DNA of 20,265 bases, from IMG/VR virus record IMGVR_UViG_3300021301_000019; one strand, given 5' to 3'. The notes under the pieces are model-generated. The model was given only the letters and a program-made list of their open reading frames with translations. It was not told the DNA's origin and did not search any database. The translations under genes were made by a program, and so were the position numbers. Of this stretch, positions 1 through 7,918 are shown piece by piece. The DNA is from a virus. How positions within the stretch are numbered: position 1 is the stretch's first letter; every line of letters begins with the position of its first letter.

Positions 1-37
1 GTAATCTTGTTATGATTCTGAATGTTATTTTTCGCAT
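1..37 (-). CDS. 5' end of a leftward ORF running off the window (MRKITFRIITRL...)
   Basis: ATG at 37-35 on minus strand, AAGGA-like RBS upstream, frame open to window edge; only 12 codons visible. Confidence 0.3.
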   Translation of the reverse strand, partial: MRKITFRIITRL

Positions 38-112
38 ATGATTTTTCCTTAATTTAAGATAATTATATGTATATTTGCAACTAATATTTTAATTTAAAGG
101 TGATTTTTTTGG

Positions 113-271
113 ACCCTATTGATATGGAGTTATGAAAAATATCCGACACTTAAAAAGTGTGGGATATTATGCATCCGACTGACATGCAGTAATCGGAAAT
201 ATCCGACACTATAAATGTGTGGGATATTATGCATCCTATAGATATGGAGGTATTGAAAATATCTTACACTT
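113..271. repeat. Tandem repeat of exactly 60-bp period (~2.6 units), each full unit containing a 12-13 bp inverted repeat
   Basis: Lines 121-180, 181-240 and 241-270 align base for base; AATATCCGACAC-N7-GTGTGGGATATT at 138-168 and 198-228; degenerate left arm only at 258-270. Confidence 0.9.
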
Positions 272-272
272 C

Positions 273-301
273 TTGAAATTAATACTTATCAAATGCTCTC
301 T
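273..301 (+). promoter_or_regulatory. Conserved upstream motif, copy 1 (upstream of integrase)
   Basis: TTGAAATTAATACTTATCAAATGCTCTCT; near-identical inverted copy at 2276-2303. Confidence 0.6.
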
Positions 302-338
302 ATGAAAATATATTATATATTTTGTAGAAAGTGATAGT

Positions 339-1466
339 ATGGATAACGAACTTTTAGATGAAATACACATGATGCGAAATCATGCGAAACGGACACGAGA
401 AGTATACAAGGATGCTGTAAACAAATACACTACTTTTTGTTCAATGTCTTTGGAAGAACTGTTGAAAGAAGCAGAAGCTGAAGAAGATGCAGGCATCAAA
501 TGGAAAAAAAGAAAATTAAAAAGAAGATTGTTAACATTCAGACAACACTTGTTGGAAAACTATGCATTGAATACAGTCAACACTCTTTTAAGACCTATTT
601 TAACAATATACAAATATTTTGAGATTGAACTGTTCCCATTGCCTCCAGTCAACAAAAAGAATGTCACTACTTCAGAACCTATAAGATTCAGTGATTTGCC
701 GGACAAAGAACTGTTAAGGAAAGCACTAAGTGTTGCCAGTCCTTTAATGTCTGCTGTCATTTGCTTTATGGTTTCAAGTGGTTGTGCTAAAAGAGAAGTA
801 CTTAATTTAACAATCGGAGATTATATTAAGGCCTTAAGTGACTATACAGATAAGAAAGATATCTATGAAATCATTGAGGATTTGGGCAACGCAGAAAATG
901 TAGTTCCTACATTCAATATCAGAAGACAAAAAACTGATAAACATTACACTACCTACTGCAGTCCTGAAGCCGTCAATGCGATAAATTCATATCTGTTAAG
1001 CAGGAATGATCCTTTAACTAATGACAAATCTCTTTTTAAGATTAATTCAACTTATCTTTCGGAAATGTTTGTTGCTATCAATGATGGATTGGGTTTTGGC
1101 AAAGTTGGATATTTCAACAGGCTTAGAAGCCATATGCTCCGTAAGTTCCATGCATCTGCACTTTACAATGACGGCATGAGTCTGGATGATGTAAATGACT
1201 TGCAGGGAAAGGCTAAAAACAAAACCGATCAGTCATATTTCATGACAAATCCTGAAGATTTGAAATATGAATACATCAAGCATCTCCATGCTGTAACTAT
1301 AAGTAAGGAAGTTGAAAAGCTGTCCATCAAATCTCCTGAGTTTATGCAAATGGAGAATGAAAAGAATAAGCTTGAATCCGAACTTGTTGACATTAGAAAA
1401 GAGATGGATGATGTTAGAGAAATGAAAAGAGAACTGGAAGGTCTCAAAGCAAAAGTTGGAAAATAA
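339..1466 (+). CDS. Tyrosine recombinase/integrase with C-terminal coiled-coil extension
   Basis: Box I-like SSGCAKREVLNL, catalytic-K region RRQKTDKHYTT, box II HMLRKF...LQGK...SYF (H-x-x-R and Tyr at 1236-1238); N-terminal core-binding helices; GTGAT-like RBS. Confidence 0.92.
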   Translation: MDNELLDEIHMMRNHAKRTREVYKDAVNKYTTFCSMSLEELLKEAEAEEDAGIKWKKRKLKRRLLTFRQHLLENYALNTVNTLLRPILTIYKYFEIELFPLPPVNKKNVTTSEPIRFSDLPDKELLRKALSVASPLMSAVICFMVSSGCAKREVLNLTIGDYIKALSDYTDKKDIYEIIEDLGNAENVVPTFNIRRQKTDKHYTTYCSPEAVNAINSYLLSRNDPLTNDKSLFKINSTYLSEMFVAINDGLGFGKVGYFNRLRSHMLRKFHASALYNDGMSLDDVNDLQGKAKNKTDQSYFMTNPEDLKYEYIKHLHAVTISKEVEKLSIKSPEFMQMENEKNKLESELVDIRKEMDDVREMKRELEGLKAKVGK

Positions 1467-1471
1467 GAATG

Positions 1472-1520
1472 ATGAATGTGGTGGCATCTTACTTGTGAGA
1501 TGCTCCTACCAAACATTCAT
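1472..1520. terminator. Long imperfect hairpin between convergent integrase and wHTH genes
   Basis: ATGAATGT/ACATTCAT, GGTG/TACC and GCATCTTA/TGAGATGC stems around a CTTG loop; T-rich tracts follow. Confidence 0.5.
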
Positions 1521-1714
1521 TTATTTTAATTTTAATGTTGATATAACTAATAGCTACTTTTTTTCTTTTATTTTAATCAACTGGTTTTTACATTAACTGC
1601 CGTGATTTTGAAAATAATGTCTTGTTTTAAATTGCAGTAGTATATGAACTGGTTCTGGATTGTTGGTTTTGGATAGCTGATGGCGGGTGTTAATGTTGGT
1701 TGGTAACAGGTAAG

Positions 1715-2227
1715 CTATGATGATTCAAGTATTCTTTCGCCTTTTTCGGTTAATCTAAATATTTTGCCGGTTTTAACTTCGGGGTTGATGCATTCCATGA
1801 CTCCCATGTCAAGCAGATGTTTTATGTTATTGTAAATAAAATTATTACTTCTAATGCTGCCGATTTCAGGATGCAATACCTGATCAACATCTGACATGTC
1901 CCAGTTTTTACGTCCGACAGATTTGTTCCAGCGATAGATTACAAGACTCATGTGCCTTGATATGAATCCTTTTTCCAAACCTTCTTTGATGTCATCAAAT
2001 TCAGTTATTTCAATAAAATACATTCTGCAGGAATATACTCCGTATTTTTGTGCTTTTTCTTTTGGAGGTATGCTTCCCATGAACTTCAAGGCGTCTTCGT
2101 GTGTGCTGTTCCAGGTTAATCCGGATTCATCATTCTCATCTTCGAAGTCAACTACATTTTCACAAATCCATTGCAATAAATTTCGGTCGTTTTTCCTAAT
2201 CATTTTTTTACTTCTCCCTGTTTTCAT
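1715..2227 (-). CDS. Winged-helix DNA-binding protein (putative regulator)
   Basis: C-terminal IKHLLDMGVMECINPEVKTGKIFRLTEKGERILE matches the recognition helix/wing pattern of archaeal wHTH proteins; start may be the downstream ATG (MIRKND). Confidence 0.7.
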   Translation of the reverse strand: MKTGRSKKMIRKNDRNLLQWICENVVDFEDENDESGLTWNSTHEDALKFMGSIPPKEKAQKYGVYSCRMYFIEITEFDDIKEGLEKGFISRHMSLVIYRWNKSVGRKNWDMSDVDQVLHPEIGSIRSNNFIYNNIKHLLDMGVMECINPEVKTGKIFRLTEKGERILESS

Positions 2228-2275
2228 GAGTGGTGATTATTATTTTTTTTAACGAGCGTATTTATAGTGAATGAG

Positions 2276-2303
2276 AGAGAGCATTTGGTAAGTATTATTT
2301 CAA
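2276..2303 (-). promoter_or_regulatory. Conserved upstream motif, copy 2 (upstream of wHTH gene, inverted relative to copy 1)
   Basis: Reverse complement TTGAAATAATACTTACCAAATGCTCTCT differs from 273-301 by one indel and one substitution. Confidence 0.6.
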
Positions 2304-3305
2304 TAATTTCACATGGGATAAATTAAACGAGATGCTTTTATTTTTGTTTAATTGACTGCATTGACATTAACGTTGGTGTTATTGAATCCATAATATTGTT
2401 TTGAATTGCATATGGAAAAGTAAGTTTTAAATTGGAAATTGCAGTCGTTAATGTCTGATTTATCAATCGAGTGAATTTTATCGTTTAAGATATTACTGCA
2501 CTGCTATTGTAATTATTCATGATGTTAGATGGATAGATGTATTGTTGAAATATCTAAATGATTATGAAATAATAATAGCTATGGTGAGTCTTTAAAAAAA
2601 CTTAAATAGTGTTCTGCATCTGAATTTATATTTTCATTATTTTGATTTGAGATGAAATTTTATGGCCATGATTTTTTGGGTTTTCGAATTTTTGATTTTA
2701 TACATTTCACTTTTCCCGTCGAATTTTAATATTGAATTGTTTATACAAATTCTCAAAAACACTATGCTTAAAGTCAAGTATTACAATGTTATATTTAAAC
2801 AGTTTCTAAAAATATGCCAAACAAAATGTTTATATACACAAAATTATAGACCTTAAAATAGTCATTACTGACTGAAAGCAATTTTACGAAGTGGGGGCAA
2901 TACTTCACACTCGTACAACTTTTCCTTGGTAATGTCTGTAAATAAATATCTGGAGGTAAAATATCAAAAAAGCAGTGAGAAAAAAAGATCATAATAAAAG
3001 GATTATAAAAAAATAATTTTATTTTGGATAACGAACTATAAAATATTTTTAATATAATCCTGTAATGGGTCAGTAAGAAAAATAAAAATAATTAGACATG
3101 TCCACAAAAACATAGTTAAAAATTAATACTTTTCAAAACTTAACCCAATATCTAGTTTATTTTAAGCAATATATAAATATTTATACATATTAAACCAGAG
3201 CCAACTTATCTTATTCTAAATATTCGGTAAAGAATGGAAAATTGATTTTACAACATACTATTTTTATTTTCAAAGACTTCTGGCCCATAACAAGTTTTCA
3301 GACTG

Positions 3306-3515
3306 TTGATTATTAAACCCGTTCATGATTACGGGAAAAATAGGAGACAAAAGATCATGTGTGAAGTAATAAAACAGCGGCCAAATGAAATAATTATCTT
3401 CAATAACTTCAGGGCACTTGAAGAATGCATTGCCGAAATTCAGGAAACAGAAAACATCCACAATGAAAGGGAATTCTTCGAGTCATACAGAATCAAGATA
3501 ATGAAACTGGACTAA
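3306..3515 (+). CDS. Small hypothetical protein (possibly degenerate)
   Basis: TTG-start ORF at the head of the rightward operon, downstream of TATA-like TATATAAATATTTATA at ~3170; no clear RBS. Confidence 0.35.
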   Translation: MIIKPVHDYGKNRRQKIMCEVIKQRPNEIIIFNNFRALEECIAEIQETENIHNEREFFESYRIKIMKLD

Positions 3516-3567
3516 ATACCAGAAGTGTAGAATTTAAATTTAATATCATGACAGGAGTCTTTAAAAT

Positions 3568-3702
3568 ATGATGGAACAAGAAATTGACGGTAAAATCCAC
3601 GTTGTGGTCCCAAAAGAAATGTGGGAAAAAATGTGGAATATTTTTGATAGAATTGACCAATTAGGCATTGACATAAATAGCTGTTCACAATTTGAAAGAT
3701 AG
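3568..3702 (+). CDS. Small hypothetical protein, 44 aa (MMEQEIDGKIHVVVPKEMWEKMWNIFDRIDQLGIDINSCSQFER); not in the supplied ORF track
   Basis: AGGAG RBS at ~3553-3557, ATG 3568, TAG 3700-3702 overlapping the GGAGG RBS of the next gene. Confidence 0.65.
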   Translation: MMEQEIDGKIHVVVPKEMWEKMWNIFDRIDQLGIDINSCSQFER

Positions 3703-3716
3703 GAGGCTGAAAAATA

Positions 3717-4019
3717 ATGGCAACCTCAATCAATCAATTCGAAGACAATTTCCACGGCATCTTAACCCATAGCGGTGAGGTCAAAATTGCCAAAGGAGAT
3801 ATGGAACAGGAAATCCTCTACATTGACGATGACGGCATAGTATTGATGGACGGAGGTAAACACGCATACCAGGCAGCAATACATACCAAACTATTGTCAT
3901 TAATCCAATATGCAACAGAGGGTGATATTGGATTTATCAAATTCATAAGAGGAGAACCTTTCATTGTCGGATTCAGGAAAAACAAAAGAGAGGGTAAATA
4001 TGGAAAATGCAATCCTTGA
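3717..4019 (+). CDS. Hypothetical protein, 100 aa
   Basis: GGAGG RBS at 3702-3706, operon-like packing. Confidence 0.7.
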   Translation: MATSINQFEDNFHGILTHSGEVKIAKGDMEQEILYIDDDGIVLMDGGKHAYQAAIHTKLLSLIQYATEGDIGFIKFIRGEPFIVGFRKNKREGKYGKCNP

Positions 4020-4218
4020 AATGCAGCAAAACCTCAGAGACGGTTTCTTTGTCGCATTTGTATCTGCAAATAAAGATCACTACTTTCCAGTTACCAAATC
4101 AGATGACATTGCTTTCCTGAATGATAACAGAATATCCATCCATAGAAAAAACGGATGGACTTCAATAATTAACTTGGATTTAATTGTTGAAATATGCATC
4201 AGGCGTGAGTTGAGTTAA
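4000..4218 (+). CDS. Hypothetical protein, 72 aa (MENAILEMQQ...)
   Basis: GAGGGT RBS before ATG 4000 (better start than 3964); overlaps upstream stop. Confidence 0.65.
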   Translation: MENAILEMQQNLRDGFFVAFVSANKDHYFPVTKSDDIAFLNDNRISIHRKNGWTSIINLDLIVEICIRRELS

Positions 4219-4219
4219 A

Positions 4220-4357
4220 ATGTCCAAACCAGCAAGATTATATCCTAAAGAGGAACCGATGAGGCCAAATCCAAAAATGATTTGGATTGGAAGCATTATA
4301 TTTGCCATAGCTATCGGGTGGTTTGGAATCACAACCGCAAGCTTCGGAGTATTATAA
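4220..4357 (+). CDS. Small single-pass membrane protein, 45 aa (MSKPARLYPKEEPMRPNPKMIWIGSIIFAIAIGWFGITTASFGVL); not in the supplied ORF track
   Basis: ATG one base after previous stop; C-terminal hydrophobic stretch; stop precedes the AGGTGA RBS of the next gene. Confidence 0.6.
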   Translation: MSKPARLYPKEEPMRPNPKMIWIGSIIFAIAIGWFGITTASFGVL

Positions 4358-4371
4358 AAAAGGTGATAATA

Positions 4372-4926
4372 ATGGTAAAAGCAGAACTAATTGAAAATCC
4401 ACAAGAGACTGAAATAGTCACTGCTGTTGATAATGTCCCGGACGTTGATGTAGCTATTGAACAGTGGGACGCTTATCAAAAACTCTGCAAAGGATTATTG
4501 AATGACAGTGACTATCAGGAAATAATTGTTAAAGAAAAAGATGAAGACGGAAACTACGTTAAAGTGAAAAGACACTTCAAGAAAAAGTCAGCATGGCAGA
4601 AGCTCTCAAGGGCATTCAATGTTGATACTGAAATTGTTGACCGTGACCTTGAAAGGACAAAAATGGGCAGAATCAGAGAAGCATACTACTGCGTGCGTGC
4701 AACATTGCCTAATGGTCGCAGCGTAGAATCTGATGCATTATGCTCAAGGTCTGAAAAAGGTAAAGACAAAGTGTCTGACCACACTATAATGTCAACTGCA
4801 AAGACACGTGCAACCAATCGTGCAATAGCTGAACTGATTGGAGCAGGTGAAGTGTCAGCAGAAGAGATGACCGCAGAAAAGATTGTATCACAATCAAAAT
4901 TTCTAAAAGAGGATAACTCCTCTTAA
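4372..4926 (+). CDS. Putative single-strand annealing protein (Rad52/Sak-like)
   Basis: AGGTGA RBS before ATG 4372; C-terminal STAKTRATNRAIAELIGAGEVSAEEM resembles the A-x-T-x-A-x-x-RA helix of Rad52-fold viral SSAPs; position in replication cluster. Confidence 0.55.
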   Translation: MVKAELIENPQETEIVTAVDNVPDVDVAIEQWDAYQKLCKGLLNDSDYQEIIVKEKDEDGNYVKVKRHFKKKSAWQKLSRAFNVDTEIVDRDLERTKMGRIREAYYCVRATLPNGRSVESDALCSRSEKGKDKVSDHTIMSTAKTRATNRAIAELIGAGEVSAEEMTAEKIVSQSKFLKEDNSS

Positions 4927-4950
4927 ATAATTTTTTAGGAGACAAATAAA

Positions 4951-5454
4951 ATGAGTTTTGAAAATACCAGACAAACAATATTTACAGGTACAGAATTGGA
5001 CTTTGAAGAAATCGTGGAAATCCCGGAAGGATATGAAAAAGCAGAACTAAGAGACTTTGAAGATGGAACTTTAATAACAGGTAGGCCTGAAATGTCATCT
5101 GTCACATCCTACACTTTCGATGATGACGGTGAGGAAAAAACCGTTAACCGTTTTAAATTATTCATCTTCAAAGATGATGAAAAAATATACGTTGAAATAA
5201 ACGTCAACCTCAAAAACGACGGAGACCTTCACAAAAACATCAGAAAAGGAAGTGTACTCTTTGACTTCATAACCTCTATCTTAGAATTGGAAAATACAGG
5301 AAGTGTTGGCAGATCCAATATCTTAAGAAACGTCAACCTCGCTGAATACAGGGAATTCGTAAACAACTTAGGTGAAATGACAATACAGGTCAAAGAAAAG
5401 TCCGGAAGCTATATCTATTACAGTTTCATCGTACGTGACGTTCAGGTAAAATAA
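4951..5454 (+). CDS. Acidic hypothetical protein, possibly ssDNA-binding
   Basis: AGGAG RBS; beta-strand-like alternation; lies between SSAP-like and helicase-like genes. Function is positional inference only. Confidence 0.6.
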   Translation: MSFENTRQTIFTGTELDFEEIVEIPEGYEKAELRDFEDGTLITGRPEMSSVTSYTFDDDGEEKTVNRFKLFIFKDDEKIYVEINVNLKNDGDLHKNIRKGSVLFDFITSILELENTGSVGRSNILRNVNLAEYREFVNNLGEMTIQVKEKSGSYIYYSFIVRDVQVK

Positions 5455-5466
5455 GCGGGTGTATGA

Positions 5467-7161
5467 ATGAGTAATGTAGCTGAATTACCGACAAAGGATA
5501 CAATAACTCTCATTATCAACAGGGACAATGTTGATAAGGTCACATATGTATTTAAAAACAGGTATGGTAATAAAATCGGAGAATATCTAAATAAATCTCC
5601 CGCTACATTATCTTCCCAAAGCAATGTCGCAAGACAGTTCAAACAGATTATAAATCCTAACGGCGAGTTGAAACCGAGACAGGTCAACAACCAGTTTTCA
5701 GAACTTAAGCAATTGCTGCAGCTCCACTATGAAAATGAGCTATCTGTTATCGAGCAGGAAATAGCTGACAAGAAACAGGCCGAGCAGGAAAAGGATTCCA
5801 ATAAATTAAAGGAAGCTATCATCAAATTGCAATCTCTAAGCTGTCCTTTAGTTTATATTGGAAGTCTTGTTGAATGGTTTACTGCAGGTGAGCGCAACAA
5901 CATAATGTATGCATTTACCGTATATGCAGGACAAGTTATCCTCAAAAATCCTGTTTCTGTAATATGTCTTGGCGAGGCAAGCAGCGGCAAATCACATATT
6001 CAGGAAACAGCTTTAAAGCTTATTCCCAAAAGGTTTGTTGTCAATGAAAAAAAGATTACCGAGGCTGCACTCTTCAACCGTGCCAAAAAGGACAAATATT
6101 TCTATGACGGGATGATTGTCAACTATGGCGATATGGGAGGAAGCAATGACCATGAATTCATGGAGGAGTCCAAAAACCTCATGAAGGAACTTCAGTCTGA
6201 CGGCTTTCTAAACAAGCCATTAAACATTCCGGACGGTGAAGGCGGATGGGATGTAAAAGACCTGGAACTTGAAGGCAAGCCATGCCTGACATATACTACC
6301 GTACCTAATCATTATTTTGATGATCAGGAAATGAGCAGAAGCATTTTCATCACACCTAGAATGGACAATCAGAAAATCTTCAACAGAAGAAAAAGTGCAC
6401 TGGAATTCAAGCACGGCAAAAGCTATAGGATTTTAAAGCAATACGAAAAGGAAGCTGAACTGGTGCCATACATGCTATTGCATCTAAAGGAGGTATTTGA
6501 AAATACTGTAGTGATAAATCCCTATGTTCATTTTGTCATAGACTTTTTAAAAAACTCTGCTTTTTACAAAAGGGATTTTGACAAGTTCAATGGGTTACTT
6601 AAAACAATAACTGCCCTGAACTATTATAATCATAAAGTCTATGATGTTGACGGAAAAAAGGTGGTGCTCACAAATATTGCTGATGTGCAATTGTTCATGA
6701 GTCTTTTAAGACCATACAAGGAAAGCATATCTGCAAACCTTGCACCAAAAGCTGTTGAAGTTCTAAACGATATCAGAAACAATATTGATGATTGGAAGAT
6801 AAGCAAGGACAGGGAAGTGCTGAACATGGGAATTACAACCAATGATTACTTCACACTTCAAAGCCTAGGATTAAGCAAGGCATCAGCCAGGAAATACATG
6901 TATGAACTGGCAGACAAGGGATTTCTACAGATTACTGACAGGTCAGGAAGATCCAATGTGTATGATCTTGCAAAAAGTGAAGTGGAATCAATCAGCTATG
7001 ATTTAAAGCACATGGATGATTCAGTATATGATGATATCTGCTATGAGATTGGGCAGTGGGTTGTAGACATTATGAAGGAAGATAAATTTGTTGAGGGGTT
7101 AAGTATAATGAACTTTGATTCAGATATAAGAAAGCCAATATGGATTGGCAAAAAACCATAA
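5467..7161 (+). CDS. P-loop ATPase, MCM/SF3-like replicative helicase candidate with C-terminal wHTH
   Basis: Walker A GEASSGKSH, Walker B-like IVNYGDMG, LMKELQSDG, MCM-like DQEMSRS arginine finger, C-terminal LSKASARKYMYELADKGFLQITDRSGRSNVYDL helix-turn-helix/wing. Confidence 0.75.
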   Translation: MSNVAELPTKDTITLIINRDNVDKVTYVFKNRYGNKIGEYLNKSPATLSSQSNVARQFKQIINPNGELKPRQVNNQFSELKQLLQLHYENELSVIEQEIADKKQAEQEKDSNKLKEAIIKLQSLSCPLVYIGSLVEWFTAGERNNIMYAFTVYAGQVILKNPVSVICLGEASSGKSHIQETALKLIPKRFVVNEKKITEAALFNRAKKDKYFYDGMIVNYGDMGGSNDHEFMEESKNLMKELQSDGFLNKPLNIPDGEGGWDVKDLELEGKPCLTYTTVPNHYFDDQEMSRSIFITPRMDNQKIFNRRKSALEFKHGKSYRILKQYEKEAELVPYMLLHLKEVFENTVVINPYVHFVIDFLKNSAFYKRDFDKFNGLLKTITALNYYNHKVYDVDGKKVVLTNIADVQLFMSLLRPYKESISANLAPKAVEVLNDIRNNIDDWKISKDREVLNMGITTNDYFTLQSLGLSKASARKYMYELADKGFLQITDRSGRSNVYDLAKSEVESISYDLKHMDDSVYDDICYEIGQWVVDIMKEDKFVEGLSIMNFDSDIRKPIWIGKKP

Positions 7162-7510
7162 AAACTGAAAAACTATGAAAACCAAAAAACTAAAAAAACC
7201 ATGTAAACTTATAAAAACTTTTGTAAAAGTTTTTTTAAAAAATTGTTTATAATTGTTTTTAGATAAATTGGAGGATTTTGCTTTGGTTTTGGGGAGTTGG
7301 TTTTTGCAAAAAACTGAAGTTCCGGAAATGTGTGGGGGCATGTTTAACAAGTGGCCCCGCATACTCCGGCAAAATTTGGTTTTTTAAAAAATCATTTTCG
7401 TGAAACTTCTTATGGATTGTTATTATTTGATTTAAAGGATTTTAAGGAGTTTTTAAAAAAACCATCAAAAAAGTTTACAAAAGTTTTCATGGTTTTCATG
7501 GTTTTTATAA
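7151..7510. repeat. Origin-like region: AAAACCATG-type short repeats in inverted orientation flanking a GC-rich hairpin
   Basis: AAAACTTTTGTAAA at 7214-7227 and its reverse complement at 7474-7487; CATGGTTTT tandem at 7488-7505; hairpin CCGG...CCGG at 7322-7369; directly downstream of helicase-like gene. Confidence 0.6.
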
Positions 7511-7522
7511 AAATTGATTGTT

Positions 7523-7837
7523 ATGAAATCTATTAAGCAGCAGATAATCGAAGCCAAAAAAGAAAAACGAGAAAGAGAGGAAGAGTTGTGGTTTGTGGAT
7601 TACTGCAACAACTGCAAAACAGGATTGGCTTCAGAACATGATATTCCCTGCCATCATCCATGGTACTGTTGGCATGAAGGCGAATCAGCCATTGTACAAT
7701 CAGGGATTGTCCGGATAGATGAGTTTAGAAAGCTGCATGGATACGTCACATCACAGATGTATTGGGAGTATAAGGAGTTGAGAAAAAGGCAGCGCCAATT
7801 GATATGGCAGGGTAGAAGAAAATTATTGAGAGATTAA
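7523..7837 (+). CDS. Basic hypothetical protein with putative Zn-binding Cys/His cluster
   Basis: CNNC...CHH..CWH motif, K/R-rich termini. Confidence 0.65.
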   Translation: MKSIKQQIIEAKKEKREREEELWFVDYCNNCKTGLASEHDIPCHHPWYCWHEGESAIVQSGIVRIDEFRKLHGYVTSQMYWEYKELRKRQRQLIWQGRRKLLRD

Positions 7838-7859
7838 AACAAATAAATTTATTACTAAT

Positions 7860-7893
7860 TTTATATAAAAAATATAATAAACAATATAATAAA
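7860..7893 (+). promoter_or_regulatory. Putative late promoter, weaker copy (portal gene)
   Basis: TTTATATAAAA followed by ~10-bp periodic AATATAATAA units. Confidence 0.5.
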
Positions 7894-7918
7894 AAATTAT
7901 AATTGGAAATGATATGTC

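Noticed and set aside
113-271. Mini-CRISPR or TIGR-type guide array
   Set aside because: The variable segments are homologous to each other (CCTATTGATATGGAGTTATGAA vs CCTATAGATATGGAGGTATTGA), so they are not unique spacers; no consistent box C/D motifs, and no cas or Nop-domain gene in the window
96-275. RBS-led ORF (AGGTGA, TTG at 109) encoding a 20-aa repeat protein
   Set aside because: Frame is broken by TGA 133-135, TAA 151-153 and TAA 190-192; the repeat's palindromic symmetry is better explained at DNA level
1-338. tRNA gene serving as integration target
   Set aside because: No cloverleaf or T-loop (GTTCRA) and CCA-end pattern visible upstream of the integrase or elsewhere in the window
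560-1516. Minus-strand ORFs 560-760, 1229-1516 and 1233-1487
   Set aside because: Antisense shadows of the integrase, without RBS or motifs
2662-2992. ORFs 2662-2856 (+) and 2795-2992 (-)
   Set aside because: No RBS, F/I/L/K composition typical of random AT-rich frames, and they overlap each other
3964-4371. Longer ORF-track starts at 3964 and 4282 (likewise 14084, 14568, 15876, 18991)
   Set aside because: Clear RBSs sit in front of downstream ATGs (4000, 4372, 14099, 14634, 15885, 19003), and the extensions overlap other real genes
7120-7536. ORFs 7120-7362 (-) and 7351-7536 (+)
   Set aside because: By-products of the low-complexity origin-like repeats
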